64,000 nucleotides of DNA from Mantamonas sphyraenae STR306 (lineage: Eukaryota > Protista > CRuMs): assembly GCA_026936335.1 (NCBI GenBank), contig JAPMXV010000069.1, positions 124,001 through 188,000 on the forward strand, in the 5' to 3' direction. The notes beneath the pieces are model-generated. The model was not told where the DNA came from and ran no database searches. It saw only the letters and a program-made list of their open reading frames with translations. The stretch's first letter is position 1. Each line of letters begins with the position of its first letter. This document shows positions 47,443 through 59,660 of this stretch, piece by piece. The translations under genes were made by a program, and so were the position numbers.

Positions 47443-50400
47443 ATGGCATCCTCGTCATCCAGCGCAATGGACGTGGCGGAGGAACATGTGACCGGTGGCA
47501 TGGACACGCCTGCGTTTGCAGCAACCTCGTCGACCAGCAAGCTGCCAAACCCGATCCGAGGGCAGTCGGGCACCCCGCAACAGATTGCTGCCCTGCAGGA
47601 CATTACACAGCCGCATCTGGAGTCGTTCAACTTTTTCCTGACGGAAGGCCTGCAGCTGGCGTTGCAGGACATTGAACCCGTTGACACCGACCTTCCAGAC
47701 GGCACCCGTGTGCGCATTGGCATCGAGGACCTGGCCATCACCAAGCCCATGCATGCCAACGACGACTCCTTCGAGTCGCGTCTGTTTCCCTCAGAGGTAT
47801 GTGGTGGAGTGTGCGAGGGATGGGTGTGCATGCGTGTGTGGTGGCGTGGAGACGTGCACACGGCAACGTAGGGCGTCGAGAAACGTTGCGGCGGACGGAC
47901 GCAAATCCGTCGTCGGACTTTGGAGCACGCGTGTGGCCTCGGACAGAGGTGTGGACACCCATGATGCGTGGTATGCGTAAGCAAATGGGCGTATGCACGA
48001 TGTAGAGTGGATGTGAAGCGTGGGGAGGCTGTGTGCAATGGGCAAAGGGCGGACGAGTGTGCAGCGCATGCACTGACACGACACCGGGACGTGGGACAAC
48101 CGCACACTGCCGAACCACAGTGCCGCGAACGACACATTTCGTACCAAGCGCCAGCGACGGTGACCATCAGCATGACCATCAACCAACTGGAATCCATCAC
48201 GGTGGAGAAGCAGACGAAAATCCCCATGATGGTGCGTTCGCTGGGGTGCCACCTCAACGCGCTGTCGGCCAAGGAGCTGGTGCATCATAAGGAAGAGGCC
48301 AACGAGATGGGAGGCTACTTCATCAGCAATGGCAACGAAAAGTTGATCCGTCTGCTGATTCTGCCGCGCCGGCACTTTCCCTTTGCGCTGGAGAGGCCTT
48401 CGTTCACCAAGCGCGGCAAACGGTACACAAAGCATGCGACGTCGATCCGCTGCGTGCGACCGGACCAGACAGGCACCACGGTGACGTTCCACTACCTGAC
48501 GGATGGCACGTCGACGTGCCGCTTCTACATCCGCAAGCGGGAGTACTTCATTCCGGTTGCGCTGCTGCTGCGTGCGTTTGTCGACTGCTCGGACAAGGAG
48601 ATCTTTGCAAAGCTGGTGGCAGGCGACAAGGACAACACGTTTGTGTCGGACCGTGCCGAGCTGCTGCTGACCACGCAGCAGTTCAACTGCTACACAAAGA
48701 AGCAGGCGCTGAGCTTCCTGGGGTCGCGGTTCCGTGTGCTGCTGGGCATGCCCGATTCGTACACCGACGAGGACGTTGGGTACCTTTTGCTGCGCCGGTA
48801 CATCTTTGTGCACCTGAAAAAGGGCCAGGACAAGTTTGAACTGGCCATCCTGATGCTGCGCAAGCTGTACGCACTGGTGTCGGGCCAGATCTGCGCGGAC
48901 AACATGGACTGCGCACAGCACCAGGAGCTGTTGTTGCCGGGCCACCTGTACCTGATGATTGTGAAGGAGAACCTGGCGACGATTCTGGACAACTTCAAGG
49001 GCATGGTGAGGCGTGCGTGGGCTACTCCGCGCGGCCAAAAGTACTACCAGCAGAGTGCGTCCAAGTTCCTGCAGGAGTGCCTCAACAAGAGTATGGTCGA
49101 TCTCAGCCGACGCCTGGAGTACTTTCTGGCGACGGGGAACCTTCAGAGCCAGTCGGGTCTGGACCTGTTGCAGATGAGCGGCTACACGATTGTGGGCGAG
49201 AAGCTCAACTTTCTGCGCTACCTGGCACACTTTCGCAGTGTGCATCGAGGCGCATTCTTTACAGAGATGAAGACGACGTCTGTGCGCAAGCTGCTGCCTG
49301 AGAGCTGGGGCTTCATGTGCCCCGTGCACACGCCGGATGGAACGCCGTGCGGTCTGCTGAACCACTTGACGTGGCAGTGCCACGTGGATGGCGCACCCGT
49401 GGACACGTCTGCGCTGCCGCAGGTCTGTGCGTCGCTGGGTATGAGCGCCGTGAGCAGCAACCTGGCACTGGTGTATCCCGGCGCACAATACTACACGGTG
49501 CTGCTGGACGGCGTCATCATCGGCGCCGTGGGCACCAAAATTGCACGCAAGTTTGTGGACCAGCTGCGCCACCTGAAGATCCATGGGTTGGAAGGCGTGC
49601 CGTCCAATCTGGAGATTGGCTTTGTGCGCGGGGGCGTCAAGGGAGGCCAGTACCCGGGGGTGTACCTGTTTACGTCGCCTGCGCGCATGCTGCGCACCGT
49701 GCAGCACCTGGGCAGTGGTAAGCCAGAGACAATCTCCACGTTTGAGCAGGTCTATCTGGACATTGCCTGCCTGGACGAGGACCTGGCGGAGGACGTGACG
49801 ACGCACAGGGAGTATCACCCGACCAACATGCTGAGCGTGGTGGCCAACCTGACGCCGTTTAGCGATTTTAACCAGTCGCCGCGCAACATGTATCAGTGCC
49901 AGATGGGTAAGCAGACAATGGGCACGCCGTGCCACTCGTTTGTGCACCGCACCGACAACAAGATGTACCGCATCCAGACGCCGCAGTCGCCCATTTGTCA
50001 GACACGCGCGTACCAGCAGTATCACATTGACGAGTATGCGCTGGGCACAAACGCCATTGTTGCTGTGATTGCCTACACTGGCTACGACATGGAGGACGCC
50101 ATGATTGTCAACCGGTCGTCTTTCCAGCGGGGTTTTGGACACGGGACGGTTTACAAGACCAAGGTGATTGAACTGAGCAGTGCCAAGGCAGGCAACCGAG
50201 CCATCAAGGAAGTGTTTGGCAACCCTGAGTAAGTTGGTGCGGGGAGGGGTTGGCGGAGGGAGGGAGAGGGGGGAGAGATCGTGTGTGCGCTCACTCACTC
50301 ACACTCACCACTCACTCACTCACTCATCACAGAAAGGGAGATGGTCAACTGTACTGCCCGGAGCTGGAGGAGGACGGACTGCCGGCAGTGGGGACCAAGC

Positions 50401-51359
50401 TGGAGTACAAGTCGCCGATGTACTGCACGGTGAACGAGATTACGGGCCAGGCAAAGGTGGTGCCGTACAAGGAGATGGAACCTGCTATTGTGGAGCAAGT
50501 GCGTCTGATTGCTACGGACCGGGAGGACGATCCGCTGCAGCGGGTGTCGATTAAGCTGCGGCTGAACAGGAACCCGATCATCGGCGACAAGTTTAGCAGT
50601 CGGCACGGACAGAAGGGTATTCTGTCGCAGCTGTGGCCAGCGTCGGACATGCCGTTTACAGAGAGCGGGATGCAACCGGACATCATCATCAACCCGCATG
50701 CGTTTCCGTCGCGCATGACCATTGGGATGCTGATTGAGAGCATGGCAGGCAAGAGCGGAGCGCTGTATGGGATGTACCAGGACGCGACGCCGTTTTGCTT
50801 TGACGAGCAGACGCGTGCGGTGGACTACTTTGGGGAGCAGCTTGTGAAGGCCGGATACAACTACTACGGTCAGGAGCCGATGTACAGTGGCACGATGGGC
50901 ACGGAGCTGTACGCAGACATCTTTATTGGGAGCGTGTACTACCAGCGTCTGCGACACATGGTGTCGGACAAGTACCAGGTGCGCAGCGTGGGACCCGTGA
51001 ACCGGTTGACACACCAACCGCTTAAGGGCCGCAAGGTGGGCGGAGGCATTCGCTTTGGCGAAATGGAGCGAGACTCGCTTCTGTCGCACGGTGTGTCGTT
51101 CCTCCTGCACGACCGTTTGATGAACTGCAGCGACGCCGAGCTTGCGTTTGTGTGCCGGCTGTGCGGCTCTGTGCTGTCGCCCGTGCTCAAGGCGCCCAGC
51201 GCACTGAGCACAGCCAAGATGACCTGTTTGTCGTGCCAGACCAGCAAGGGGGTGGAGCGCATCGCCCTCCCTTACGTGTTCCGCTACCTGGTGAACGAGC
51301 TGGCCGGCATGAATGTGCGCGTGAATCTGAAGATCAGCCGCGATGGCAACACGCTCTGA
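47443..51359 (+). CDS. POLR1B: RNA polymerase I second-largest subunit (RPA135); introns 47797-48120 and 50229-50332
   Basis: HLESFN, RLFPSE-CRER, GGYFISNGNEKLIR, CPVHTPDGTPCGLLNH, GYDMEDAM, GDKFSSRHGQKG, YYQRLRHMV, RFGEMERD, C-terminal Zn ribbon. Confidence 0.97.
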
Positions 51360-51441
51360 GGCAGGGCGTGGGCGGGGGGGGGGAGGGAAGAGAGATTGCA
51401 CAAGGGATGAAAAATGGATATCCAAACAACAGCATGGCTTA

Positions 51442-52570
51442 TCAGCGTTTGGAGGGCACAGCTGGGAGACACAGCATGCGCAGAAAGGCGCGGAGGAAAC
51501 GGGGAGCGCGTAGATCCGGCACGCGATAGAGATGAAGGCGCAGGGGACGAGAGACAATGGCGCGGCTGGACTGAAGAGTGTCCCAGAGGGTGGAGCCGAG
51601 GGTGGGTTTGTGTGCACTGCGCAGGACAACAGAGAGACGCTGGCCCCAGCCGCGGGCTATGTCTGCGCGGTCTGCAAGGTCGACGAGAGCACGGTGTTCG
51701 CTGACGTGCATGGCCTGGGCACGTTCAAACTGGTCGTTGGCAAGGTAGGCAAGGTCTGTGTCCATCCACAGGTTGTCTGGATCGATGGGAGGCGGGCTGT
51801 CCTCGAGGGCGGTTCGGCGTTGCCACTCTTGAACAACCTCCTGTGTGGACCGCTTGCGTTCGAGGGTGATGGGCCAGTTGTCAGAGAGCACAGTGATGAA
51901 TTGGCGCACCATGGTGATGTTCTTGACCAAGAGGTTCCTGCGTGCACGAAGGAGAAGACTGGGGAGGGTTGAATTGGAGGGGTGGGTGTGAGTGTGTGAG
52001 TGTGTTGGGTGTTGGGTGCTGGTAGGGTGGGTTGACATACAGCGATGCGGTTTGGACGCCGTCGGAGACGTCAAAAGTATGGTTGAAGGCTGGGGCGGGT
52101 TGGGAAAGGAGGTCGCGACGTGTAAAGTTGTGCCACCAGTCCCATAGGGCATCGAGGCTGTAACTGAGGTGGGAAGTATAAACACCGTGGGTGTGGGAGA
52201 CGACAACGAGTGCAAGGGCGTCCTGCTGCAGCTTGTGCTGAGTGGAGGCGGAAGCGGAGGCGGAAGCGGCCATCGCGGTTGCGTTTGCCGCCAGTGTAGC
52301 GTTGAGCCAGTGCAGTTGGTCGTGGGCATCCTCCAGGCGCATGACAATGACCAGGTGGGTCTGACAGAGGGAGGAGGGGACGGGGAAAGCACAGGGTCAG
52401 GGGCAAGGGCGGACGAGGAAACCCAGCGAGCGGGGACACAAGGAGGCAAGTCAAAAACGCACAGCAGGGCGGTTTGTGGTGTGCACCTGCCAGCACAGGT
52501 CCATGGCCGAGGCCGGGGCAAAGAGGAGAGCACAGAGAGCAAAGAGGACAAGGAGCGAGAGGCGACTCAT
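51442..52570 (-). CDS. Hypothetical secreted/membrane protein, about 3 exons
   Basis: Signal peptide MSRLSLLVLFALCALLFAPASA; GTGCGT and GTATGT donors; several NxT sequons; 3' end uncertain. Confidence 0.5.
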
Positions 52571-52641
52571 TGGGGGAGGGTTGGCCGCAGCTGGGCAGGG
52601 AACCTCGGCACAAACTTCGCCAACCGAAACCCGAGAAGACG

Positions 52642-54764
52642 ATGGACGAGACAAGACGCATTTTGAATCAGAGCATTCCTGCAGCGAGCAAACAGGTGCG
52701 ATCCATGTCGGGCACGTCGTCTCCGTCGGATTCTGCATCACAGTTCTCGCAGTTCTCGCTGACGGACTCGGTGCACAGCCTCACGCTGAACTCGGCGGCG
52801 TTCAACCAGAGCAACGCCACGCTGTATTCGTCCCTGGGCGCTGCTCAGGGCTTTGGCATGACCAGCAATGTGGCGTTTCGTGACGTGGCCAGTGCCTTTC
52901 TGACCCTGATTAGGGATGCAGCAAGCGGATTCATGGTGCGTTTTTTTCCGAGGCGAGCGAGGCAACCCGGCCTCGATTTCGCTTTTCGGCGACCCCCTTT
53001 TTTTCAAGCGCGGCCCAGTTCTGCCTGCTGACACAGAGCCACAGCCGAAGCAGACGAGCGTGTCGACGAAGCGAAACGAGCGCAGTGCAAGGTGGGTGAA
53101 AACAACGCGGCGAGAGGAGTGGTGTGTGAGCAGGAGCGGGCGCGCGAGGCGGTCCGGCGGCGCGAGGAGAATGGCCTGCGTGGAATTTCGGAGCTCGGCT
53201 CCGAGATTGTGTGCAAGAGGTCAAAGAGGAGGAGAGAGACGGCCCCAGGATATCAGAAGGGGTGCATGGGCAACAAGATGGGTTGAAGACTGACACGGCA
53301 AGGACCACGGGACGTGTGCAAACGTGGCAACGTTGGTACAGGAGCGCAAGCAGGAGCACGACTTCGTCGCGAAGTGCGTCGCCGACGTTTCAGGCGGCGG
53401 CGGACGACGAAAACACACGCAAGACTCAGCTTGCGGGTCTGCAGGCGGCGCTGGAGCTGCTGGAGCAGATGAGGATGACACGTGTGGAGAAGTGTGAGAC
53501 GGAGGAACTGAAGCAGATGCTTGTGCAGCTGGAGCAACACGTGGAGACGGTGCGGGACGTGGCAATCACAGAGTACCTGGACGACAAAGACCAAGGCCTG
53601 GAGGGCAACCAGGTCAAACGCAACGCAGTGTATGCAGGCACCTCCTACAATGGCTTCTCGTCGGAAATGGAGTTGGATGAAGGCGACCTGTCTGCATCGC
53701 TTGCGTCGGGTCGGTCGTGCGTGGTGTGCAAGCATCCTCTGCTGGCCAGCTATTGGAGCTGCGGCCACGCAGAGCACAGCAGCAGCAGCAGTAGCAGCAG
53801 CAGTAGCAGTAGCAGTAGCAGTGGGATGGATGTGGAAGGAGGAGAGGTGGTGCAGCCTGTGTTTTGCATCCAGTGTGTTGCGTTTGGCAGGATGTGCAAG
53901 GTGAGCGAGGAGCACACGGCGACGATGGTTCTGAACCAGATTGTGCACCCGCACACACTGATGGTGATGCTGTACAAGGTGCAGCGTCTGATCAGCCTGA
54001 TCCAAGCGCAGCTGGGGCTGACGGTGGTGCGTCCTGCGCTGGTGCAGGAGGACAACGCACCCCTGCGTCGGCAGTTTATTGCGGCGTTCCTGGAGGAGCT
54101 GCGCAACGATTCCATACGCACGTGTGCCACGGTGGCCGCCATGCGTGTGTTGATCAACAATCGACTGATTGCCATGAAGGCCAATTGCCACCAGTGCCAT
54201 CTGAAGACGTGCTACGCGGGCGCAGAGTGTGTGCGCTGCTCGCGCAAATTCTGCGAAAACTGCTTGTGGAACAGATACTTGATGCGCCTGCGCGATACAT
54301 ACCTGCACAAGCAGTGGCTGTGCCTGTCGTGCACGGGCAAGTGCAATTGCGCCGCGTGTGTGCGCAAGCGCGAAAAGGACCCTGTGGCCGAAGAGGTGGC
54401 CGAGATGAGTGAGGACCAGAAGCGACGTGTGTTTTCGTTGGATCCGGCCATTGAGCGATTGGACAACGACAACCTGGTCTGCGGCTACGCCGTGGACGCC
54501 TACCTCTCCGTGTGCGACAGCCGCCCGCGCAGCCGTCGTGGCAGCATCTACCAGGTGCTCAAGGACGCCCCGGGCAAGAGCTTTGGACGCAAGCGACCGC
54601 AGACACGGCGCAGCAAAAAGTCGACGCGTTCGAGTGGCTCAGAGGCGTCGGGCAAACGCAAGCTGGACGAGGTGGATGGACAGTGGGTGGGCGACGAGGA
54701 AGACGCCGAATGGGACAGCCAAGACTCGTCTGCAAGCAAGAGGAGACGTGTGGATGAGGAGTGA
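52642..54764 (+). CDS. zf-4CXXC_R1 (CDCA7-type zinc finger) protein with an additional ZZ-like finger; 5' exon structure uncertain
   Basis: CHQC.KT...C..C..KFC..CL.NRY...W.C..C.G.CNC..C pattern; intron donor GTGCGT at 52937. Confidence 0.78.
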
Positions 54765-54866
54765 GGCGAGAGTCGGCTCTGATCGAATGAACGAGTGATC
54801 GAATGAACAAACCGCGTCGTCACTGCGCGGGTCGGCGCAGCCATAAACCAACTTTGTTCGGCAGGC

Positions 54867-55727
54867 ATGGACGTCGACCAGACAAGCACAGAGGTGGAGG
54901 TGAATGTAGCGCAGGAGGAGGATTCAATGGCGACGGAAGGCCACAGTGGGGCAGAGACGGAGGCAAAGGGGGAGGAGGCGCCGAGCGCAGAAGAAGAGGG
55001 AGGTGAAAGCGCAGCTGAAGGAACGGCGGGTACACAGGAAGTAGAAGGAGATGACAAGGGGGCGACGTCATCGGCATCATCAGACACAGAGAGCGACAGT
55101 GACGAGGATGGGGAGGACGGGACGGCACTGCTGGGGCTGGTGGGGACTGTGAAAGTGGTGCATCTGTGCACGCTGGACAAACTGAGCTTCGGCACAAAGT
55201 CGAGCACATCCGGAATCGACTTTAACATTGGCAGGCGGTTCCAGAAGCAGGAGGCGGAGTACGCGGAACAGGGGATGCGACGCACGTGCCTGGGGGTGTT
55301 TCTGGTGCATGCGCACAATCACCCGCACGTCCTCCTGCTGGAGACAAACAACCAGTACCGACTGCCCGGCGGCGCGTTGACCCCCGGCCAGGACGAACAT
55401 GCCGGCCTGTTGGCCAACCTGGACAAGGAGCTGAGTCCCGAGGGCAGGACCACAGAGTGGGATGTCAACGAGGTGGTGGCTCAGTGGTGGCGTCCGGCCT
55501 TCAACGCACACACCTATCCCTACAAACCGGCCCACGTGAGCAAGTTTAAAGAGTCCATGCGGGTCTTTCTCATGAGCCTGCATGAGGGCACCAGCCTCAT
55601 TGTGCCCGCAGACACAAACCTCGTCGCCGTGCCCCTCTTTGAGCTCTACCAGAACGCCACTCGCTTTGGTGCGCTCATAGCCTCGCTTCCCGAGCTGCTG
55701 TCTCGCTTTGAGTTTGCCTACGACTGA
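54867..55727 (+). CDS. NUDT21: Cleavage factor Im 25 kDa subunit (Nudix fold)
   Basis: FGTK, GMRRT.GV.LVH.H.HPHVLLL, LPGG, WWRP.F...YPY.P.H...KE, LVAVPLFELY.N..RFG..IASLP.LLSRF. Confidence 0.93.
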   Translation: MDVDQTSTEVEVNVAQEEDSMATEGHSGAETEAKGEEAPSAEEEGGESAAEGTAGTQEVEGDDKGATSSASSDTESDSDEDGEDGTALLGLVGTVKVVHLCTLDKLSFGTKSSTSGIDFNIGRRFQKQEAEYAEQGMRRTCLGVFLVHAHNHPHVLLLETNNQYRLPGGALTPGQDEHAGLLANLDKELSPEGRTTEWDVNEVVAQWWRPAFNAHTYPYKPAHVSKFKESMRVFLMSLHEGTSLIVPADTNLVAVPLFELYQNATRFGALIASLPELLSRFEFAYD

Positions 55728-55747
55728 CATGAATCTGGACTTGTTTT

Positions 55748-57590
55748 TCATTGAAGAAACGCAGAAAACTCCTTGGTTGCCACCTTGCTACGCCGTGTGG
55801 ATGGCGACGACGCAGATGGTGACCCTGCACCCTGTCTGCCACCCTTGCCTTTGCTCTTGCGTCGCAACTGCGCTGCCTTTTTCAGCCGCCGTGCCTTGAG
55901 GCGCTCCTTGGCAGCCTCCTCCATGGCTTGCCGTTCAAGTTCCGCCTCCTCAAGCGCCTTTTGCTCCGCCAGCTGCCTCTGCTTGCGTTCTTCGTTGCGT
56001 TTCTTGCGTGCTTCCATTTGCTCTTGGATGCGTTTTGTGTTGCGTTCCTCCTCCTGCTTGGCCAGCTCTTCGCGTTGTCGCCTCTCTTTCTGCTCACGCA
56101 AGCGGCGCACCACAGTCGGATCCGTAAAGGCGACGCCCCCACACGACGGTCCTCCACCTTGGGTTGCTTGTGTGTGGCGGCCACCAGGTCGCGCAACACG
56201 TCGACACGCTCCACCGTGCGGCGGTCAGGAAACACCTGCGCCAGCCACGAATCCGTTTGCAGCACCATTTGTGCCTTGCGCATGTCCCTTTGCTCCTCGG
56301 TGGCCTTTTGCTGGCGCTTGCGTCGTCCACGCACACGCTCCAGCAGCAGCCGGGCATGACCGTGGAGGGGATGATCGAGTGAGGTTGCGCCTGTGTTCTC
56401 GTTGACGTAGTACCGTTGCTTTGTGTCTGTGCGTTCCATGAGACGCACTCCTGCAGGCAAGGGTGCTCGCAATCCCTCTTCCACCACCCACATCCAACGC
56501 AGGTCCTCCTGATCGTCAATGCCGAGGAGTTTGATCATGCGAACCATTTCCTCGTTGTTCGGCGTATACTGTGCATCCAGAGCCACTTCCACGGCCATAT
56601 CTGGTTCGTGGATGGGTGCAGCAGCCCCATCTGTGTTGTCATCGACCAGATCGGGATTGGGGCAGAGTTTGCTTGTGTGGCAGCAGCGTCGTCGTCGGCG
56701 GCCCCACTCATCTCCATGCGCTGGCGAAGCGCATGGCGTTCCTCCCTGCGCAACTGAAGGGCGACCCGTGCGCGTTCTCGGGCCTCTGGTTTGTCCCATG
56801 TGGCCCACAGGGCATCGAGGCGGTCCCGCTCGATGGTATCTCGAGCGGCAGCCAAGACTGAGTCGCGCATCGTTTCAAACGACGCATGCGGATCATGCAC
56901 CGTCATCTTGCGCCACGCCGAATCGTCAAAGAGCACACCCGCACCATCAAAGAGCTCGGTGTGGTCGTCGGGTTCGAGCATGGTGTGCACCAGCCAGGAG
57001 GGCAGCTTTGCATCCGCTTGCCTCTGCAACTCCTGCACGAAATGCTCGCCTGCTCTGTTGACCATCGACTCGCGCAACTGGTCCAACTGTTCGTGTTTCC
57101 ACACCACATCCAATGCCGGTTCATCTTCCATGTCCTCCTCGTCGTCCGTGTTCTTGTCGCCATCCGTGTCCACCTGGTTCTCTTGTGCCACACCTCGGTG
57201 GAACATGTGCACACGTGTGCCGTGGGCTCGCGGACGATGTTCCACAAGAATGGGAGTGGCAGAGGAGGGTTGGGTGGAGGAGGAGGAGGAGGCGGTGGTG
57301 TCGCGGCTGCGGGAGGGGCGGCCGTAGCGTTTGTTCCAGGCGTCGTCATGACGAAGTCGCATGGAGCGCTCGCCGGCAAGGGCATCCTGGAGGGAACGCA
57401 CGGCAGAGGCGAGTTCCACGTTGTGCTCGCGGAGGACGGTGAGCTCGCGCAGCAGCTTGGCGTTGTCAAGTTCGAGTTCGCGTTGCCTGCGTTCTGCTTT
57501 GCGACGTCGCTTCTGCTCGCGAGCCACTTGCAATTGCAACTGCTGGTGGGCTTGCTGCACCTCACGCAGGATGGTATGTTGGGAGGACAT
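55748..57590 (-). CDS. Coiled-coil protein with an internal CEP164-type WW module; frame breaks near 56650 and 56150
   Basis: YTPNNEEM...LLGID...WMWVVEEGLRAPLP...YYVNENTGATSLDHP resembles the CEP164 N-terminal domain; coiled coils at both ends. Confidence 0.65.
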
Positions 57591-57644
57591 GGGTGCCGAG
57601 GGCGAAGCCAAAACAACAAAAACCGCTGGCACGGCACGCGGGTC

Positions 57645-59603
57645 ATGGGTTGTCGCAGCATTGTTGGGAGTGTGTGTGTGGCCGCGTGTGCCAGCACATT
57701 CCTGGTGCTGCTCACGCTCCTGTTTTATCCCGTGCATGGCCCACCCTTGGATCTGGATCATCCGGCAGTCAACGCCACGTGGCAGCGTGGCTTCTGCAGA
57801 GCCTTTCTGCGCACTGCATTGTCCAAACACCCGTCCCAGCGCAGAGATTGTCGCGTGGCGTGTCATGCCTACGCAGAGGAGCTGGGCCTGGGCATCAACC
57901 AGGGCGACCGTCTGTGTCCGCTCCAAGAATGGAGCCGAGTCAAGACGGCCGTGTTTGGCCCAAACTTTCGCATGCCCTTCCGTCCACACTGCATCCCGCT
58001 GTTCAAAGCCTACACAAGTATGCATGCGTCCGTGTGGCGCATGGCCCACGACGGATGCTGGACGGGCGAGTGCCGGGCAACGGAATTGGCGCGGGACCTG
58101 AGCGAAGCGGAGCGAGCGCGTGGAGCACACACAGACCTGGAGGCATATATGGAGGTGAAGGACAGGTACTGGTGGGTACGCACCCAAGGACTGTGCCGGA
58201 TGGCCGGACAGAAGGTTCGAGAAGCGTGCGAACGAGGGAGAAGGGTGTTTGAAGCGCACGAGGAGGCGTGGCAACCGCGATGCCACTCTGCACAATGCGA
58301 CGTGGGTCGCGTGTGTGATCAATTGCTATTGAATCCACGTGTGCATGGACGTCCGTTGCCATGGACGGCAGCAGACCTGTTGGCCACCGTGGCTGCGTAC
58401 GAGGGCCAACCGCAGGTGTTGCACATGCAGGGTACAGACACACAGGTGCATCTGGACGCAAGGGGCGGCGACGATGACACCCGTGATGCCGTGTTGGAGC
58501 GTACGCTGCCCTGGTATGCGCGGTCGGACAGGCAGGTGACGTCGGGTTCGGCCGAGGAGGCAGAGTTGCATGTGTTGACACAGGACTCTGTGCACGGAGT
58601 GATGTTCACCATGGGCTCTGGGCGCACGTATGTGCGTGCTCGCGGTGAACAGGGCCCGTACTTTCTGGAATCCCTGGACGAGGGACCAGCCAAGATGACG
58701 CTGCGTGCGTACGGCCACGCCGTGCTGCATCACCTGGTAAACCAGTTGCAGATGGAACAACTGAGCCACCGCATCGGCGAATTGTTCTCCAGCACAGACA
58801 CCACGACAAAGAACAGCGAGATCGAGGCGTTTGTGCACAAGTACAACATCAGCGTGGAGGAAGTGCGTGGGTGGCCTGCAGGCGTCTCGTGGCGAGGAGG
58901 CAGCCAAGACAGCCTTCCAGCCGAGTTTTTGAACCGTTTCACCTCGTTCAACGGCTTCTTTGCACGGGAACTGAAGGCGAACGCACGCGTGGTGGCCGGG
59001 CTGGACAATGCCGCGGTGCTTGTGTCGCCGGGAGACTGCAGGATGCACGTGTATCCAAATGTGGCCGTGGACAAGGCCTGGCGGGTGTGGATCAAATCGC
59101 AGGTGTTTTCATTGCATGCGCTGCTGGGCGACGCGGCGCTGGCCGAACGGTATGTGAATGGCAGCCTTGTGATTGCGCGTCTGGCGCCACAGGACTACCA
59201 TCGCATCCATGCACCGGTGGATGGGGTGTTGGGTTCCACCGTGGCGTTTGAAGGCAGTTTGTACAGTGTAAACCCGTACGCGGTGACGTCGCCGTACTAC
59301 ACGCCGCTGAGCAGCAACAAGCGCGTGCGGATGATGGTGCACTCGGAGAGGTTTGGTGATGTGGCCATGGTTGCAGTGGGTGCCACGCTGGTGGGCTCCA
59401 TTGTGACCACAGCCGAGCCTGGACAGAGTGTGCGCAAGGGGGACGAGTTGATGTACTTTGCGTACGGCGGCTCGACAGTGGTGCTGCTGTTTGAACACGG
59501 CCGCGTGGCATTCGACACCGATTTGGTGGTCAACAGCGGGCGGGGTCTGGTCGAGACGTATGTGCAGATGGGGGAGAGGGTCGGAGAGGCGCGCGAGCCG
59601 TGA
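57645..59603 (+). CDS. Phosphatidylserine decarboxylase (PSD2/GGST type) with signal anchor and long N-terminal extension
   Basis: FTSFNGFFARELK, SPGDCR, RLAPQDYHRIHAP, VGATLVGSI, FAYGGST autocleavage motif. Confidence 0.92.
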   Translation: MGCRSIVGSVCVAACASTFLVLLTLLFYPVHGPPLDLDHPAVNATWQRGFCRAFLRTALSKHPSQRRDCRVACHAYAEELGLGINQGDRLCPLQEWSRVKTAVFGPNFRMPFRPHCIPLFKAYTSMHASVWRMAHDGCWTGECRATELARDLSEAERARGAHTDLEAYMEVKDRYWWVRTQGLCRMAGQKVREACERGRRVFEAHEEAWQPRCHSAQCDVGRVCDQLLLNPRVHGRPLPWTAADLLATVAAYEGQPQVLHMQGTDTQVHLDARGGDDDTRDAVLERTLPWYARSDRQVTSGSAEEAELHVLTQDSVHGVMFTMGSGRTYVRARGEQGPYFLESLDEGPAKMTLRAYGHAVLHHLVNQLQMEQLSHRIGELFSSTDTTTKNSEIEAFVHKYNISVEEVRGWPAGVSWRGGSQDSLPAEFLNRFTSFNGFFARELKANARVVAGLDNAAVLVSPGDCRMHVYPNVAVDKAWRVWIKSQVFSLHALLGDAALAERYVNGSLVIARLAPQDYHRIHAPVDGVLGSTVAFEGSLYSVNPYAVTSPYYTPLSSNKRVRMMVHSERFGDVAMVAVGATLVGSIVTTAEPGQSVRKGDELMYFAYGGSTVVLLFEHGRVAFDTDLVVNSGRGLVETYVQMGERVGEAREP

Positions 59604-59660
59604 GGCAAATCAACATCCAGCCAGACATCCACACACCCTGAATCTTGGAAGAAACGCAGA

